64,000 nucleotides of DNA from Amaricoccus sp. (GTDB lineage: Bacteria > Pseudomonadota > Alphaproteobacteria > Rhodobacterales > Rhodobacteraceae), in the NCBI GenBank assembly GCA_046348955.1, contig JAXMDG010000009.1:27465-91464 (forward strand). Reading direction: 5' to 3'. Position numbers and translations under genes: made by a program. Position 1 is the stretch's first letter. Every line of letters begins with the position of its first letter. Below, one piece after another: positions 32,522-42,071 of the stretch. A model generated the notes under the pieces. It was not told where the DNA came from and made no database searches. It worked only from the letters and a program-made list of their open reading frames with translations.

Positions 32522-33649
32522 GTTGGTCAGGTTCTCGACCGAGCTGGTGAAGTTCACCGCCGTCACCGCGACCGCCAGCACACGGCTCCAGGCCGCGAAC
32601 GGCGCCTCGGTCACATAGACCGTGTCCTCGTCCCGGATATTGAACTCGCGGGCCGAGAACAGGCCCTCGGGCCGGGTCAGGTCGAGGAGATAGGCCATCC
32701 GCTGCGGGCCGACGAGGTCGGTGCGCCCGAGGATCCGGTTGGCGATCTCCGCGGTCTCCTGCCGGAAGATGAAGATCCCCGTCGGATCGGCGGCCCGCCC
32801 GTTCAGGCCCCCCGCCGCCGCCAGCGCCTCCAGGGCCGACATTTCATGCTTGGTGAAGTTGATCCGCGCCTGGGACGTGCTGGCCCCGAGCGCCGTGAAC
32901 GAGCGCCGGTCCTCCTCGACGATGATGCGGTCGTTGGGCCGGAGCGCGATGTCGTTCTTGGGGACGTCATAGAGGTCCTGCAGCCAGACCCGGCCTGCCT
33001 TGCCGCTGCGCTCGACCCGAACCTGGGCCACGTCGGGCCGGAGCTTGGTGCCGCCCGCCCGCGCGATCATCGCCGAGAGCCGCCGGGTCGGGGCGTCGAT
33101 CGGGAAGACCCCGGGATTCTCGACCCCGCCCAGCACGCTGACCGTGGTCCCGTCGCCCGAGGCGTGGCGGACCTCGACCTGCGGGTCCGGGGTCTGGACC
33201 TTGAGGCTGTCGATGATCTTGCCGCGCAGCGCGTCCGGGGTCATGCCCGCCGCATGGACCTGCCCGGCATAGGGCACATAGATATTGCCCTGCTGGTCGA
33301 CCTGAAGGTCCTGCAGCACGGTATTCTTCTGTCCGACGCCGGCCAGCAGCCCGTTATCGACATTCTCCCAGACCACGACCGCGATCCGATCGCCCGGGCT
33401 GATCGTGTCGGGCGAGATCGGCGCCGCATCCAGAAAGGCCGGGCTGAAGCCGAGCGGCACCACGAGCCGCGAGATCTCGGCGATCTCCGGGGTCACCGTG
33501 ACGATATGGACGCCGTACTGCTCCGAATTGGCGGCAGCGCGGATCTCGCCCGCCGTAGGTCCCGAGCGGGGCAGGGTGCAGCCGCTCAAAGCAACCGCAA
33601 GAAGTGCCGCGCAGCCGAGCCGCGCCGTCGCCTTGAGCCCCCGATGCAT
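32519..33649 (-). CDS. Polysaccharide export outer-membrane lipoprotein (Wza/CtrA-BexD family)
   Basis: Lipobox LSGC then LPRSGP; PES motif VDQQGNIYVPYAG; DTVYVTEAP. Confidence 0.88.
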   Translation of the reverse strand: MHRGLKATARLGCAALLAVALSGCTLPRSGPTAGEIRAAANSEQYGVHIVTVTPEIAEISRLVVPLGFSPAFLDAAPISPDTISPGDRIAVVVWENVDNGLLAGVGQKNTVLQDLQVDQQGNIYVPYAGQVHAAGMTPDALRGKIIDSLKVQTPDPQVEVRHASGDGTTVSVLGGVENPGVFPIDAPTRRLSAMIARAGGTKLRPDVAQVRVERSGKAGRVWLQDLYDVPKNDIALRPNDRIIVEEDRRSFTALGASTSQARINFTKHEMSALEALAAAGGLNGRAADPTGIFIFRQETAEIANRILGRTDLVGPQRMAYLLDLTRPEGLFSAREFNIRDEDTVYVTEAPFAAWSRVLAVAVTAVNFTSSVENLTN

Positions 33650-33845
33650 CGACCGCCTCTCGCCTGTCCGCTCTTCCGGCTTTTGCCGCCGATGCTAGCG
33701 GCTTTCCAGGGCGGCCACCAGCCGCAAGCGTTCCACGCCGGAAAAGCCGCGGTGCCTGTTGCCGCGCTGCACCGCGAACGCCCCTTGCCCGCGGCATCCG
33801 GCCGAGGCTAGGTGGCGGAAACGCAGCCAGCGATCGAGGACAGCC

Positions 33846-34457
33846 ATGTTCACCGGGATCGTCACCGACATCGGCGAGATCGAGCGGTTGGAGGAGCGCG
33901 GCGACCTCCGCGCGCGCATCCGGTCGTCCTATCCAGCCGCGGGCATCGCTCTCGGGGCGTCGATCGCCTGCGACGGCGTCTGCCTGACCGTGGTCGATCG
34001 CGGCGCGCTCGGAAGCGGCAGCTGGTTCGACGTCGACATCTCCGCCGAGACCGTGGCCATGAGCAATATCCGTCGCGGCCGCACCGCCTGGGCGCCCGGC
34101 GCCCGGGTGAATCTGGAGCGCGCGCTGCGGCTCGGGGACGAGCTCGGCGGCCATATCGTCTCGGGCCATGTCGATGGCTGCGCCGAGGTGATCGCCATCG
34201 CGCAGGAGGGCGACAGCACCCGCGTCACCTTTCGCGCGCCTCGCGCGCTCGCCCGCTTCATCGCGCCCAAGGGATCGGTCGCGCTCAACGGTACCTCGCT
34301 CACCGTCAACGAGGTCGAGGGTTGCGATTTCGGCATCAACTTCATCCCTCACACCCGAAGCCACACCACGTGGGGCCATGTGGCGGTGGGGGACGTCGTC
34401 AATCTCGAGATCGACACCCTCGCGCGCTACGTCGCCCGGTTGACCGAGGCTGCCTGA
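33846..34457 (+). CDS. ribE: Riboflavin synthase
   Basis: MFTGIV N-terminus, GASIACDGVCLTV, GGHIVSGHVD, NLEID. Confidence 0.95.
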   Translation: MFTGIVTDIGEIERLEERGDLRARIRSSYPAAGIALGASIACDGVCLTVVDRGALGSGSWFDVDISAETVAMSNIRRGRTAWAPGARVNLERALRLGDELGGHIVSGHVDGCAEVIAIAQEGDSTRVTFRAPRALARFIAPKGSVALNGTSLTVNEVEGCDFGINFIPHTRSHTTWGHVAVGDVVNLEIDTLARYVARLTEAA

Positions 34458-34654
34458 GGCGCTTCGCCGCGTCCTGGGGCGGCGGGCGGGGGCTGTTGGT
34501 CGGACGAATGTGGCGCACGCAGCGGCGAGGCGGCATGCGGGCTTCCCGGCTGGACGAGCGCTCCGTCCCGGAAACCGATTGATGCCCTCAGCGGTGCTGG
34601 CCTTCTCGTGATTCCTGCGCTATTCGGCGCCGGCGAGAAAGCGGAAGCGATGCC

Positions 34655-35761
34655 ATGGCCGACCTGATCCAGTCCGACTATTCGGGCGCGATCTCCCCCA
34701 TCGAGGAGATCATCGATGCTGCCCGGAACGGGCGGATGTTCATCCTCGTGGACCACGAGGATCGGGAGAACGAGGGCGACCTTGTGATCCCGGCCCAGAT
34801 GTGCACGCCTGACGCGATCAATTTCATGGCGACGCACGGGCGGGGGCTGATCTGCCTCACGCTGCCTGGCGAGCGGCTCGACGCGCTCGGCCTGCCGCTG
34901 ATGGCCGCGAGCAATTCCAGCCGGCACGAGACCGCCTTCACCGTCTCGATCGAGGCGCGCGAGGGGGTGACGACCGGCATCTCGGCCCACGACCGGGCCC
35001 GGACGGTCGCGGTCGCGATCGACCCGCGCTCGCGTCCTCAGGACATCGCGACGCCCGGCCATATCTTCCCGCTGCGCGCGCGCGAGGGCGGCGTGCTGGT
35101 GCGCGCCGGTCATACCGAGGCCGCGACCGACATCGCACGTCTGGCCGGGCTCAATCCGGCCGGGGTGATCTGCGAGGTGATGAACGACGATGGCAGCATG
35201 GCCCGGCTGCCGGATCTCGTTGCCTTCGCCCAGCGCCACGGGCTCAAGATCGGCACGATCTCCGACCTGATCGCCTATCGCCGACGCCACGACAACCTGG
35301 TGCGCGAGACCGCGGTTCGCGCGGTGCAGTCGGAATATGGCGGCGACTGGCAGATGCGGATCTTCGCCGATCAGCCGGCAGGAGCCGAGCATATCGTGCT
35401 CTCCAAGGGCGACCTGACCGCTGCCGAGCCGGTTCTGGTGCGGATGCATGCGGTCAATCCGCTGGAGGATCTGCTCGGGCTCCATGCCGGCCGGACCCAC
35501 CAGCTGCGCGATGCGATGCTGGCGATCGCTGCGGAGGGACGCGGCGTGCTGGTTCTGCTGCGCGACATGTCGAGCAAGCTCGACGTGACCGACCATGTCT
35601 CGCCCAACAAGCTCAGGCAGTATGGTGTCGGCGCGCAGATCCTGAACGCGCTCGGCCTGCAGGAGCTGATCCTGCTGACCAATTCGCCGATCCCGAAGGT
35701 GGTGGGGCTCGAAGGCTATGGGCTCAGCATCGCCGGGACCCGCCCGATCCCGAAAGCGTAG
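34655..35761 (+). CDS. ribB: DHBP synthase fused to a degenerate GTP cyclohydrolase II-like domain
   Basis: DHEDRENEGD, FTVSIEA, RAGHTEA; the C-terminal domain lacks the RibA zinc cysteines. Confidence 0.9.
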   Translation: MADLIQSDYSGAISPIEEIIDAARNGRMFILVDHEDRENEGDLVIPAQMCTPDAINFMATHGRGLICLTLPGERLDALGLPLMAASNSSRHETAFTVSIEAREGVTTGISAHDRARTVAVAIDPRSRPQDIATPGHIFPLRAREGGVLVRAGHTEAATDIARLAGLNPAGVICEVMNDDGSMARLPDLVAFAQRHGLKIGTISDLIAYRRRHDNLVRETAVRAVQSEYGGDWQMRIFADQPAGAEHIVLSKGDLTAAEPVLVRMHAVNPLEDLLGLHAGRTHQLRDAMLAIAAEGRGVLVLLRDMSSKLDVTDHVSPNKLRQYGVGAQILNALGLQELILLTNSPIPKVVGLEGYGLSIAGTRPIPKA

Positions 35762-35768
35762 ATCTGAT

Positions 35769-36302
35769 ATGGCAAGCCACGAGACCCATCACAGCCTGAT
35801 CCCGCCGCGCTTCGACCAGCCGACCCGGCTGCTCCTGGTGGTGGCGCCCTTCTATCGCGATATCGCCGATGAATTGCTGGCGGGCGCGCGCGCGGCGGTC
35901 GAGGCGGCGGGCGCGAGCCACGAGACGATCGAGGTGCCGGGCGCGCTGGAAATCCCGGCGGCGATCCGCATCGCCAGCCGGCAGGAGGATTTCGACGGTT
36001 TCGTGGCGCTCGGCTGCGTGATCCGCGGCGAGACCTCGCACTACGAGACGGTCTGCAACGACAGCTCGCACGGGCTGATGCTGCTGGGGCTGCAGGGGAT
36101 CTGCATCGGCAACGGCATCCTGACGGTCGAGAACCGGGCCCAAGCCGAGGTGCGGGCATCCGCGATCGGCCAGAACAAGGGCGGCGGGGCGGCGGAGGCG
36201 GCGATGCATCTGATCGTGCTCGCCCGCCGGTTCGCCCGATCGGAGCGCCTGGCGCAGGCCGGGTTCCGGCCGGCCGGTGGCGGCGAGCGGACCCAAGCCT
36301 GA
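35769..36302 (+). CDS. ribH: 6,7-dimethyl-8-ribityllumazine synthase
   Basis: VPGALEIP, LGCVIRGETSHY, NKGGGAA. Confidence 0.94.
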   Translation: MASHETHHSLIPPRFDQPTRLLLVVAPFYRDIADELLAGARAAVEAAGASHETIEVPGALEIPAAIRIASRQEDFDGFVALGCVIRGETSHYETVCNDSSHGLMLLGLQGICIGNGILTVENRAQAEVRASAIGQNKGGGAAEAAMHLIVLARRFARSERLAQAGFRPAGGGERTQA

Positions 36303-36793
36303 TGACGGATCAGCGGCCACCGAAGAAGCTGACCGCCGCCCAAGCCCGGCGGATGCGGTCGGCCGCGCGATTCTATGCCGTCCAGGCCCTGTTCCAGATG
36401 GAGGCGGCCGATGTCGGGCTCGAGACCGTGCTGGCCGAGTTCGAGACCCACCGGCTCGGCGCCGAGATCGACGGGGTCGCCTATGCCGAGCCCGACCGGC
36501 CGCATTTCCGGGGCCTGCTGGAGGCGACGGTGGGCCATCAGGCGCGGATCGACCAGCTGACCAACCGGGCCCTGGTGGCGCGCTGGCCGATCGAGCGGAT
36601 CGACCCGACGCTGCGCGCCCTGTTCCGGGCGGCGGGGGCGGAGCTTGTGGCCACCGACACGCCCCCAAAGGTCACGATCACCGAATATCTGGAGGTCGCG
36701 AAGGCCTTCTATCCGGCCGGCAAGGAGACGAAGTTCGTCAATGCCGTGCTCGACCACATGGCCCGCGAGGCCCGGCCCGAGGCGTTCGGCTGA
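36302..36793 (+). CDS. nusB: Transcription antitermination factor NusB
   Basis: RSAARFYAVQALFQ, W.IERID, FVNAVLD; follows ribH. Confidence 0.94.
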   Translation: MTDQRPPKKLTAAQARRMRSAARFYAVQALFQMEAADVGLETVLAEFETHRLGAEIDGVAYAEPDRPHFRGLLEATVGHQARIDQLTNRALVARWPIERIDPTLRALFRAAGAELVATDTPPKVTITEYLEVAKAFYPAGKETKFVNAVLDHMAREARPEAFG

Positions 36794-36805
36794 GCCCGTC
36801 GCACG

Positions 36806-36869
36806 GAGTCGCACGCGTGCGACTCTGGCTATGTGGTTGATATTGCTTAACTATAGAAAAATCGTTCAG
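36806..36869. repeat. Palindrome + IHF-like module, copy 4 (inverted orientation)
   Basis: GAGTCGCACGCGTGCGACTC (36806-36825); TATCAA-CCAC-ATA on the minus strand from 36842. Confidence 0.85.
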
Positions 36870-36970
36870 GGAATCTTCACCAAGGTTACCCGTGCGCGAT
36901 CATACGCGCTTCCGTGCTGCGAGGCGGGGGCGGGCAGGGCCCGAGCCGCTTGGACGGCGCGGACGCGCGG

Positions 36971-38170
36971 TCAGAGGCGCGCCAGCAACTCGTCGGCGGT
37001 CAGGCGGAAGTCCGACGCGATCCAATCGGCCTCGATTCGGTCGAGCGCGGCACCCAGGGCCCTGCCGCGCAGCGGCAGGTCGGCCGCACGAACCGGCAGG
37101 CGCGCGGCCCCCCCACGGGCCAGCTCGGCCTCCAGCGCGGCGGGCGGGGCCGTCCCCCCGATCGAGGCGCCGATCAGGGCGGCGTCCCGCGCCGCCTCCG
37201 CGCCATGCCGAAAGGCGGCGGCGGCTGGCCCCGGCTCGGCGAGGGCCCGGCGGGTCGCGGCGAGCGCCCGGATCTCGGCCCGCGACAGACGCAGCCCCGT
37301 CTCCCAGTCCGGCGCGTCCCCGAGCGCCGCCAGCCGGCGTTCCCAGCGCGGCGCGGTGCCGGCGGCCGCCTCGGCCGCGACGAGCGGCGCCAGCGCCCGC
37401 GGATCGGCCCCGGGCAGCACCCGCGCCAGGATGCCGCTCGCCGCCATCGCCGCCAGCGCCGGCGCGGGATCGGGGGCGGCCAGAAGCTTGCGCATCTCTG
37501 CCCCGACCCGCTCGCGCGAGAGCTGGTCGAGCCCGTCCTGGGCGGCCGCGCAGGCCGCGAGCCCCTCGGCATCGAGCCCGCCCTCCGGGTCGCCATACCA
37601 GGCATGGAACCGGAAGAAGCGCAGGATGCGCAGATAGTCCTCGGCGATCCGCTGGCCGGGATCGCCGACGAAGCGCACCCGCCGCGCCCGCAGATCGACG
37701 ATCCCGCCGAGCGGATCGAGCACCATTCCGTCGGGCTCGGCATAGAGCGCATTCATGGTGAAATCGCGCCGCGCGGCATCCTCGGCCGGATCGGTGGTGA
37801 AGGCGACGGTCGCGTGCCGGCCGAAAGTCTCGACATCGCGGCGGAAGGTTGTCACCTCGAACGGCCGGCCGTCCGCGACCAGCGTCACCGTGCCATGGGC
37901 GAGCCCGGTCGGCACCGCCTTGAGCCGGCCGCTCGCCTCGGCCAGCCGGATCACGGTTTCAGGCAGGGCGTCGGTCGCGATGTCGATATCGGTGCTGACG
38001 TCGGTTCCGGTATCGGCGCCGGGCCGGGCCATCAGCGCGTTGCGAACGCAGCCGCCCACGAAAAGCGCCCGATGCCCGGCATCGGTCAGAAGCGCGGTGA
38101 CGGCCCGGGTCGCCGGCAGGTCCAGCCAAGGCGGGGCGATCCGTCCCGGCGCGCGGTCCGCCGCCGTCAC
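36971..38170 (-). CDS. CCA tRNA nucleotidyltransferase
   Basis: FVGGCVRN...DIDIAT, EVTTFR, RRDFTMNA, EDYLRILRFFRF. Confidence 0.9.
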   Translation of the reverse strand: MTAADRAPGRIAPPWLDLPATRAVTALLTDAGHRALFVGGCVRNALMARPGADTGTDVSTDIDIATDALPETVIRLAEASGRLKAVPTGLAHGTVTLVADGRPFEVTTFRRDVETFGRHATVAFTTDPAEDAARRDFTMNALYAEPDGMVLDPLGGIVDLRARRVRFVGDPGQRIAEDYLRILRFFRFHAWYGDPEGGLDAEGLAACAAAQDGLDQLSRERVGAEMRKLLAAPDPAPALAAMAASGILARVLPGADPRALAPLVAAEAAAGTAPRWERRLAALGDAPDWETGLRLSRAEIRALAATRRALAEPGPAAAAFRHGAEAARDAALIGASIGGTAPPAALEAELARGGAARLPVRAADLPLRGRALGAALDRIEADWIASDFRLTADELLARL

Positions 38171-38871
38171 GGGGTCAGCATCCGGTCGGCAAGGCTCGCC
38201 AGCATCCGCGCCGTCGCGCCCCAGATATAGTAGGGGCCATAGGGGATCGCCTGATAGAGCCGCCAGCCGCCGGGCCAGTGCCGGCGATGCACCTGCCGGT
38301 TGGCCGGGTCGAGCAGGAAGGCGAGCGGCACCTCGAACACCTCCTCGACCTCCTGCGGGTCGGGGCGCGGCACGAAGCCAGCCGCCACCAGCCCGACAAA
38401 CGGCGTGACGCGGAAATTCGTCACCGTCTGATGATTGTCGAACCGGCCGAGCACCGCGACGTCGCCGGGCGCGAGGCCGATTTCCTCGTCCGCCTCGCGC
38501 AGGGCGGCGGCGAGCGGGGTCGCGTCGCCCGGCTCCTGCTTGCCGCCCGGAAAGGCGATCTGGCCGGGATGATGCTTCAGCCGCGCCGCCCGGCGGGTCA
38601 GGATCACGTTGAGCCCGACGCCGCGCTCGATCAGCGGCACCAGCACCGAGGCCGGCCGCAGCACCGTCCCCCGCGGCGGCCGCGCGTCCGGGTTGAGCTC
38701 GAAATCCGAGGTGCCCGATCCCGAGCTGCCCGACCCCGAGCTGCCCGATCCCGAGCTGCCCGACCCCGAGCTGCCCGGGGCCGATCCCTCGTCTGCCGAC
38801 TCGCGGCCATCGGGGGAGGGCGCCATGAGCGCCTCCGCGATCCGGGTCACATTGAGCCGATGCCGATCCAT
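38167..38871 (-). CDS. CoA pyrophosphatase (Nudix, NudL-like)
   Basis: LTRRA..L.HHPGQIAFPGG, ALREADEEIG, IWGATA; start codon uncertain. Confidence 0.88.
   Translation of the reverse strand: MDRHRLNVTRIAEALMAPSPDGRESADEGSAPGSSGSGSSGSGSSGSGSSGSGTSDFELNPDARPPRGTVLRPASVLVPLIERGVGLNVILTRRAARLKHHPGQIAFPGGKQEPGDATPLAAALREADEEIGLAPGDVAVLGRFDNHQTVTNFRVTPFVGLVAAGFVPRPDPQEVEEVFEVPLAFLLDPANRQVHRRHWPGGWRLYQAIPYGPYYIWGATARMLASLADRMLTP
38712..38777. repeat. In-frame 15-bp tandem repeat (4.4 copies) encoding (GSSGS)n
   Basis: TGCCCGA(T/C)CCCGAGC x4 plus TGCCCG. Confidence 0.92.
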
Positions 38872-38926
38872 GGCCGAACTAGATGGACCTGACCTGCCCC
38901 CGGCGCAAGGGCGGTCGGGCTAGCGT

Positions 38927-41260
38927 ATGCCCGTGCGTGCCGGGCCTTGCCACGACCGGAGCGACAGGCCACAGTCTCACACGGTCCGCTTCGGATCCGG
39001 GCCGCCAGAAGGACGCATCCGCTTGGCCGAGCCCGACGCATCCCCGTCCCGCAGCGCCGGAGCCTGGCGCCTGGTCCCGGCGGTCGCGGCGGCCCTGGCA
39101 ACCGTCTGGTTCGCGGGCTTTCTCGGACCGGTGGCGCAGGGCGAGATCCCGACCCTTGTCCTTCCCTGGCTGCCGCGCCTCGGCATCGCCTTCGCCTTCC
39201 GGCTCGACGGGCTGGCGCTGGCCTTCGCGCTCTTGATCTGCGGGATCGGGGCGCTGATCCTGCTCTATGCCGCGACCTATTTCCGCACCGACCGCCGGCT
39301 CGGGGCGCTGCTCGCGATCCTGACCACCTTCGCGGTCGCGATGCTCGGCCTCGTCACCGCCGACGACGCGGTGACGCTGTTCCTGTTCTGGGAGGGCACG
39401 ACCATCACCTCCTGGCTCCTGGTCGGCTTCGATCATGAGCGGGCCGGCGCGCGGGCCGCCGCCTTGCAGGCGCTGCTCGTGACCGGCGGCGGCGGGCTCG
39501 CGCTGCTGGCGGGGCTGCTGGTGATGGGCGGCCTCGCCGGGACCTTCCGCCTGTCCGAGATGAACGCGGCCGGCGATCTTTTCCGGACGAGCCCGCTCTA
39601 TCCGGCGATCTTCGCCCTGGTGATGCTCGGGGCCTTCACCAAGTCGGCGCAATGGCCGTTCCAGTTCTGGCTGCCCGGCGCGATGGCCGCGCCGACCCCG
39701 GTCAGCGCCTACCTGCATTCCGCGACGATGGTGAAGGCCGGGATCTATCTGATCGCCCGCCTGATGCCTTCGCTCGGCGGCACCGATCTCTGGATCTGGA
39801 TCCTGACCCCGGTCGGCGGCTTCACCATGCTGCTCGCCTCGGTCTGGGCGCTGCGGCAGACCGATCTGAAGCTGATGCTCGCCTACACGACGGTGATGGC
39901 GCTCGGGCTGATGACCATGCTGCTCGGGCTCGCGAGCCCGATCGCCGTCGCCGCCGCCATGACCTTCCTGCTGGTCCATGCCTTCTACAAGGCCGCCTTG
40001 TTCCTGTCGGTCGGGCTGATCGAGAAGGGGGCGGGGTCGCGCCTCTATCCCGAGCTCGGCGGTCTCGCCGGCGCCATGCCGCTCAGCGCCGCGATCGTGG
40101 CGCTTGCGGCCTTGTCGATGGCAGGCTTTCCGCCGCTTTTCGGCTTCATCGGCAAGGAGCTCATCTATACCGCCGCCGGGCCGGCGCCGGCCGGCGCCGC
40201 CGCCGCGCTCGCCGCCAATGCGCTGATGGCCGCTTGCGCGTTGATGATCGGGCTGCGGCCCTTCGCTGGCCGGGTGCGCGTCAGCCCGCGCGACCGGCCG
40301 GCCGATCCCGCCTGGGGCCTCGTGCTCGGGCCGGGCCTGCTGGCGCTGCTCGGGCTGCTCTGCGGGCTCGCGCCTGGGCCGATCGAGCGCGGCCTGGTCG
40401 GGCCCATGGCGCAGGCGGTGACGGGGGCGCCGCTCGCCGTCCATCTCGAGCTCTGGCACGGGGTCAATCCGGCCTTCCTGATGAGCCTTCTGACCTTCGC
40501 GCTCGGCTTCGCGCTCTATGCCCGGCTCGACGGTCTGCGCGACGGGCTGGCCGCGCTGGAGCCCGACCTGCCCGCCACCGAGGCCTGGTACGAGTCCGGC
40601 CTGCGCGGCCTGCTGGCGCTCGCGCGCGGCCTGACCGCGGCGGTGCAGAACGGCCGGATGACGAGCTATCTGCGGGGCACCTTCCTGATCTTCGCGGCGC
40701 TGACCTGGGGGGCGTTGCTGGCGGGGCCGATCACCTGGCCCGCGTCGATCGGTCGGGTGCAGCTCGTCGATCTCGCGATCCTCGCGATCATCGGCGCGTC
40801 GATCGCCGTGGTCCTGGTGACGCGCTCGCGGCTGACCGCGATCTGCGCGCTGGGCGGGGTCGGGGCGGGGATCGCAGTGATCTTCGTGCTCTATGGCGCG
40901 ATCGACGTGGCGATGACCCAGCTCTTCGTCGAGGTTCTGGTGGTGGTTTTCCTCGCCATCGCCATGGTGCGGCTGCCGCCGGCGGGCGCGCTGCCGTTCC
41001 GGGCGGGCAACGCGGCTTTGGCGCTGCTGCTCGGGGCGGGGGTGAGCCTCGCCACGCTGGCGGTTCTGGCGACCCCGCTCGATCCCTATCTCACGACCTT
41101 CTTCGAGCAGGCGAGCGTGCCCAAGGCGCTCGGGCACAACATCGTCAACGTGATCCTGGTCGATTTCCGCGGCTTCGACACGATGGGCGAGGTCTCGGTG
41201 GTGGTGATCGCGGGTGTCGCCGCGATCGCGGCGTTGCGGGCGGGACGGAGGCCGCTCTGA
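38927..41260 (+). CDS. mrpA: Mrp/Mnh Na+(K+)/H+ antiporter subunit A
   Basis: FTKSAQWPFQFWLPGAMAAPTPVSAYLHSATMVKAG; NIVNVILVDFRGFDTMGE; start uncertain. Confidence 0.9.
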   Translation: MPVRAGPCHDRSDRPQSHTVRFGSGPPEGRIRLAEPDASPSRSAGAWRLVPAVAAALATVWFAGFLGPVAQGEIPTLVLPWLPRLGIAFAFRLDGLALAFALLICGIGALILLYAATYFRTDRRLGALLAILTTFAVAMLGLVTADDAVTLFLFWEGTTITSWLLVGFDHERAGARAAALQALLVTGGGGLALLAGLLVMGGLAGTFRLSEMNAAGDLFRTSPLYPAIFALVMLGAFTKSAQWPFQFWLPGAMAAPTPVSAYLHSATMVKAGIYLIARLMPSLGGTDLWIWILTPVGGFTMLLASVWALRQTDLKLMLAYTTVMALGLMTMLLGLASPIAVAAAMTFLLVHAFYKAALFLSVGLIEKGAGSRLYPELGGLAGAMPLSAAIVALAALSMAGFPPLFGFIGKELIYTAAGPAPAGAAAALAANALMAACALMIGLRPFAGRVRVSPRDRPADPAWGLVLGPGLLALLGLLCGLAPGPIERGLVGPMAQAVTGAPLAVHLELWHGVNPAFLMSLLTFALGFALYARLDGLRDGLAALEPDLPATEAWYESGLRGLLALARGLTAAVQNGRMTSYLRGTFLIFAALTWGALLAGPITWPASIGRVQLVDLAILAIIGASIAVVLVTRSRLTAICALGGVGAGIAVIFVLYGAIDVAMTQLFVEVLVVVFLAIAMVRLPPAGALPFRAGNAALALLLGAGVSLATLAVLATPLDPYLTTFFEQASVPKALGHNIVNVILVDFRGFDTMGEVSVVVIAGVAAIAALRAGRRPL

Positions 41261-41715
41261 TGAAGTCGCTGATCCTGAGCACCGCGACGCGCCTGCTGAT
41301 GCCGACGATCCTGGTCCTGTCGGTCTTCATCTTCTGGCGCGGGCACAACGAGCCGGGCGGGGGCTTCATCGGCGGGCTGCTGGCCGCCACCGCCTTCGCG
41401 CTGCTGGAAAAGGCCGAGGGGCTTTCCGCCGCGCGCCGGGCGCTTCGGGTCGAGCCGATGACGCTCGCCGCCATCGGTCTCGGCTGCGCGCTCGCCGCGG
41501 GGCTTTGGGGCGGGCTCGGCTACGGGGCGTTCCTGAAGGGCGTCTGGCCCTTCATCACCGTCGACGCCGAGGGGCACAAGCATGGCGCGCCGTTCGGCTC
41601 GATCATGCTGTTCGATCTCGGGGTCTATCTGGTGGTGCTCGGCACGGTCTGCGGCATCCTGTTCGCGCTCGAGGACAGCGTGTCGACCGACGCCGATCCG
41701 GGAGGGGAGGGCTGA
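41260..41715 (+). CDS. mrpB: Mrp antiporter subunit B
   Basis: RGHNEPGGGFIGGL, FDLGVYLVV. Confidence 0.9.
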   Translation: MKSLILSTATRLLMPTILVLSVFIFWRGHNEPGGGFIGGLLAATAFALLEKAEGLSAARRALRVEPMTLAAIGLGCALAAGLWGGLGYGAFLKGVWPFITVDAEGHKHGAPFGSIMLFDLGVYLVVLGTVCGILFALEDSVSTDADPGGEG

Positions 41716-42071
41716 TGGAGGTCCTGCTCGCCCTCCTTGCCGGGCTGATGGTCGCGGCCGGCGCCTATCTGATGATGAGCGGCCGGACGCTGCCCTACCT
41801 GTTCGGGCTGACGCTGATCTCGAACGCCGCCAACATGATCATCTTCTCGACCGGCCGGCTGACCTATGGCCGCCCGCCGCTGGTGCCCGACGGCGAGAAG
41901 ACCATCGCGGGCGCGGCGAACGCCCTGCCGCAGGCGCTGATCCTGACGGCGATCGTCATCGGCTTCGGGCTCCTGGTCTTCGCCCTCTGCCTGGCCTACC
42001 GATCCTACTACGTGCTCGGCGTCACCGAGATGGACGCGATGCGCGCCGCCGAGCCCGAGGGCCGCGACTGA
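41715..42071 (+). CDS. mrpC: Mrp antiporter subunit C
   Basis: LPQALILTAIVIGF. Confidence 0.9.
   Translation: MEVLLALLAGLMVAAGAYLMMSGRTLPYLFGLTLISNAANMIIFSTGRLTYGRPPLVPDGEKTIAGAANALPQALILTAIVIGFGLLVFALCLAYRSYYVLGVTEMDAMRAAEPEGRD

Noticed and set aside
33650-34654. FMN riboswitch upstream of ribE or ribB
   Set aside because: No RFN consensus blocks were found in either gap
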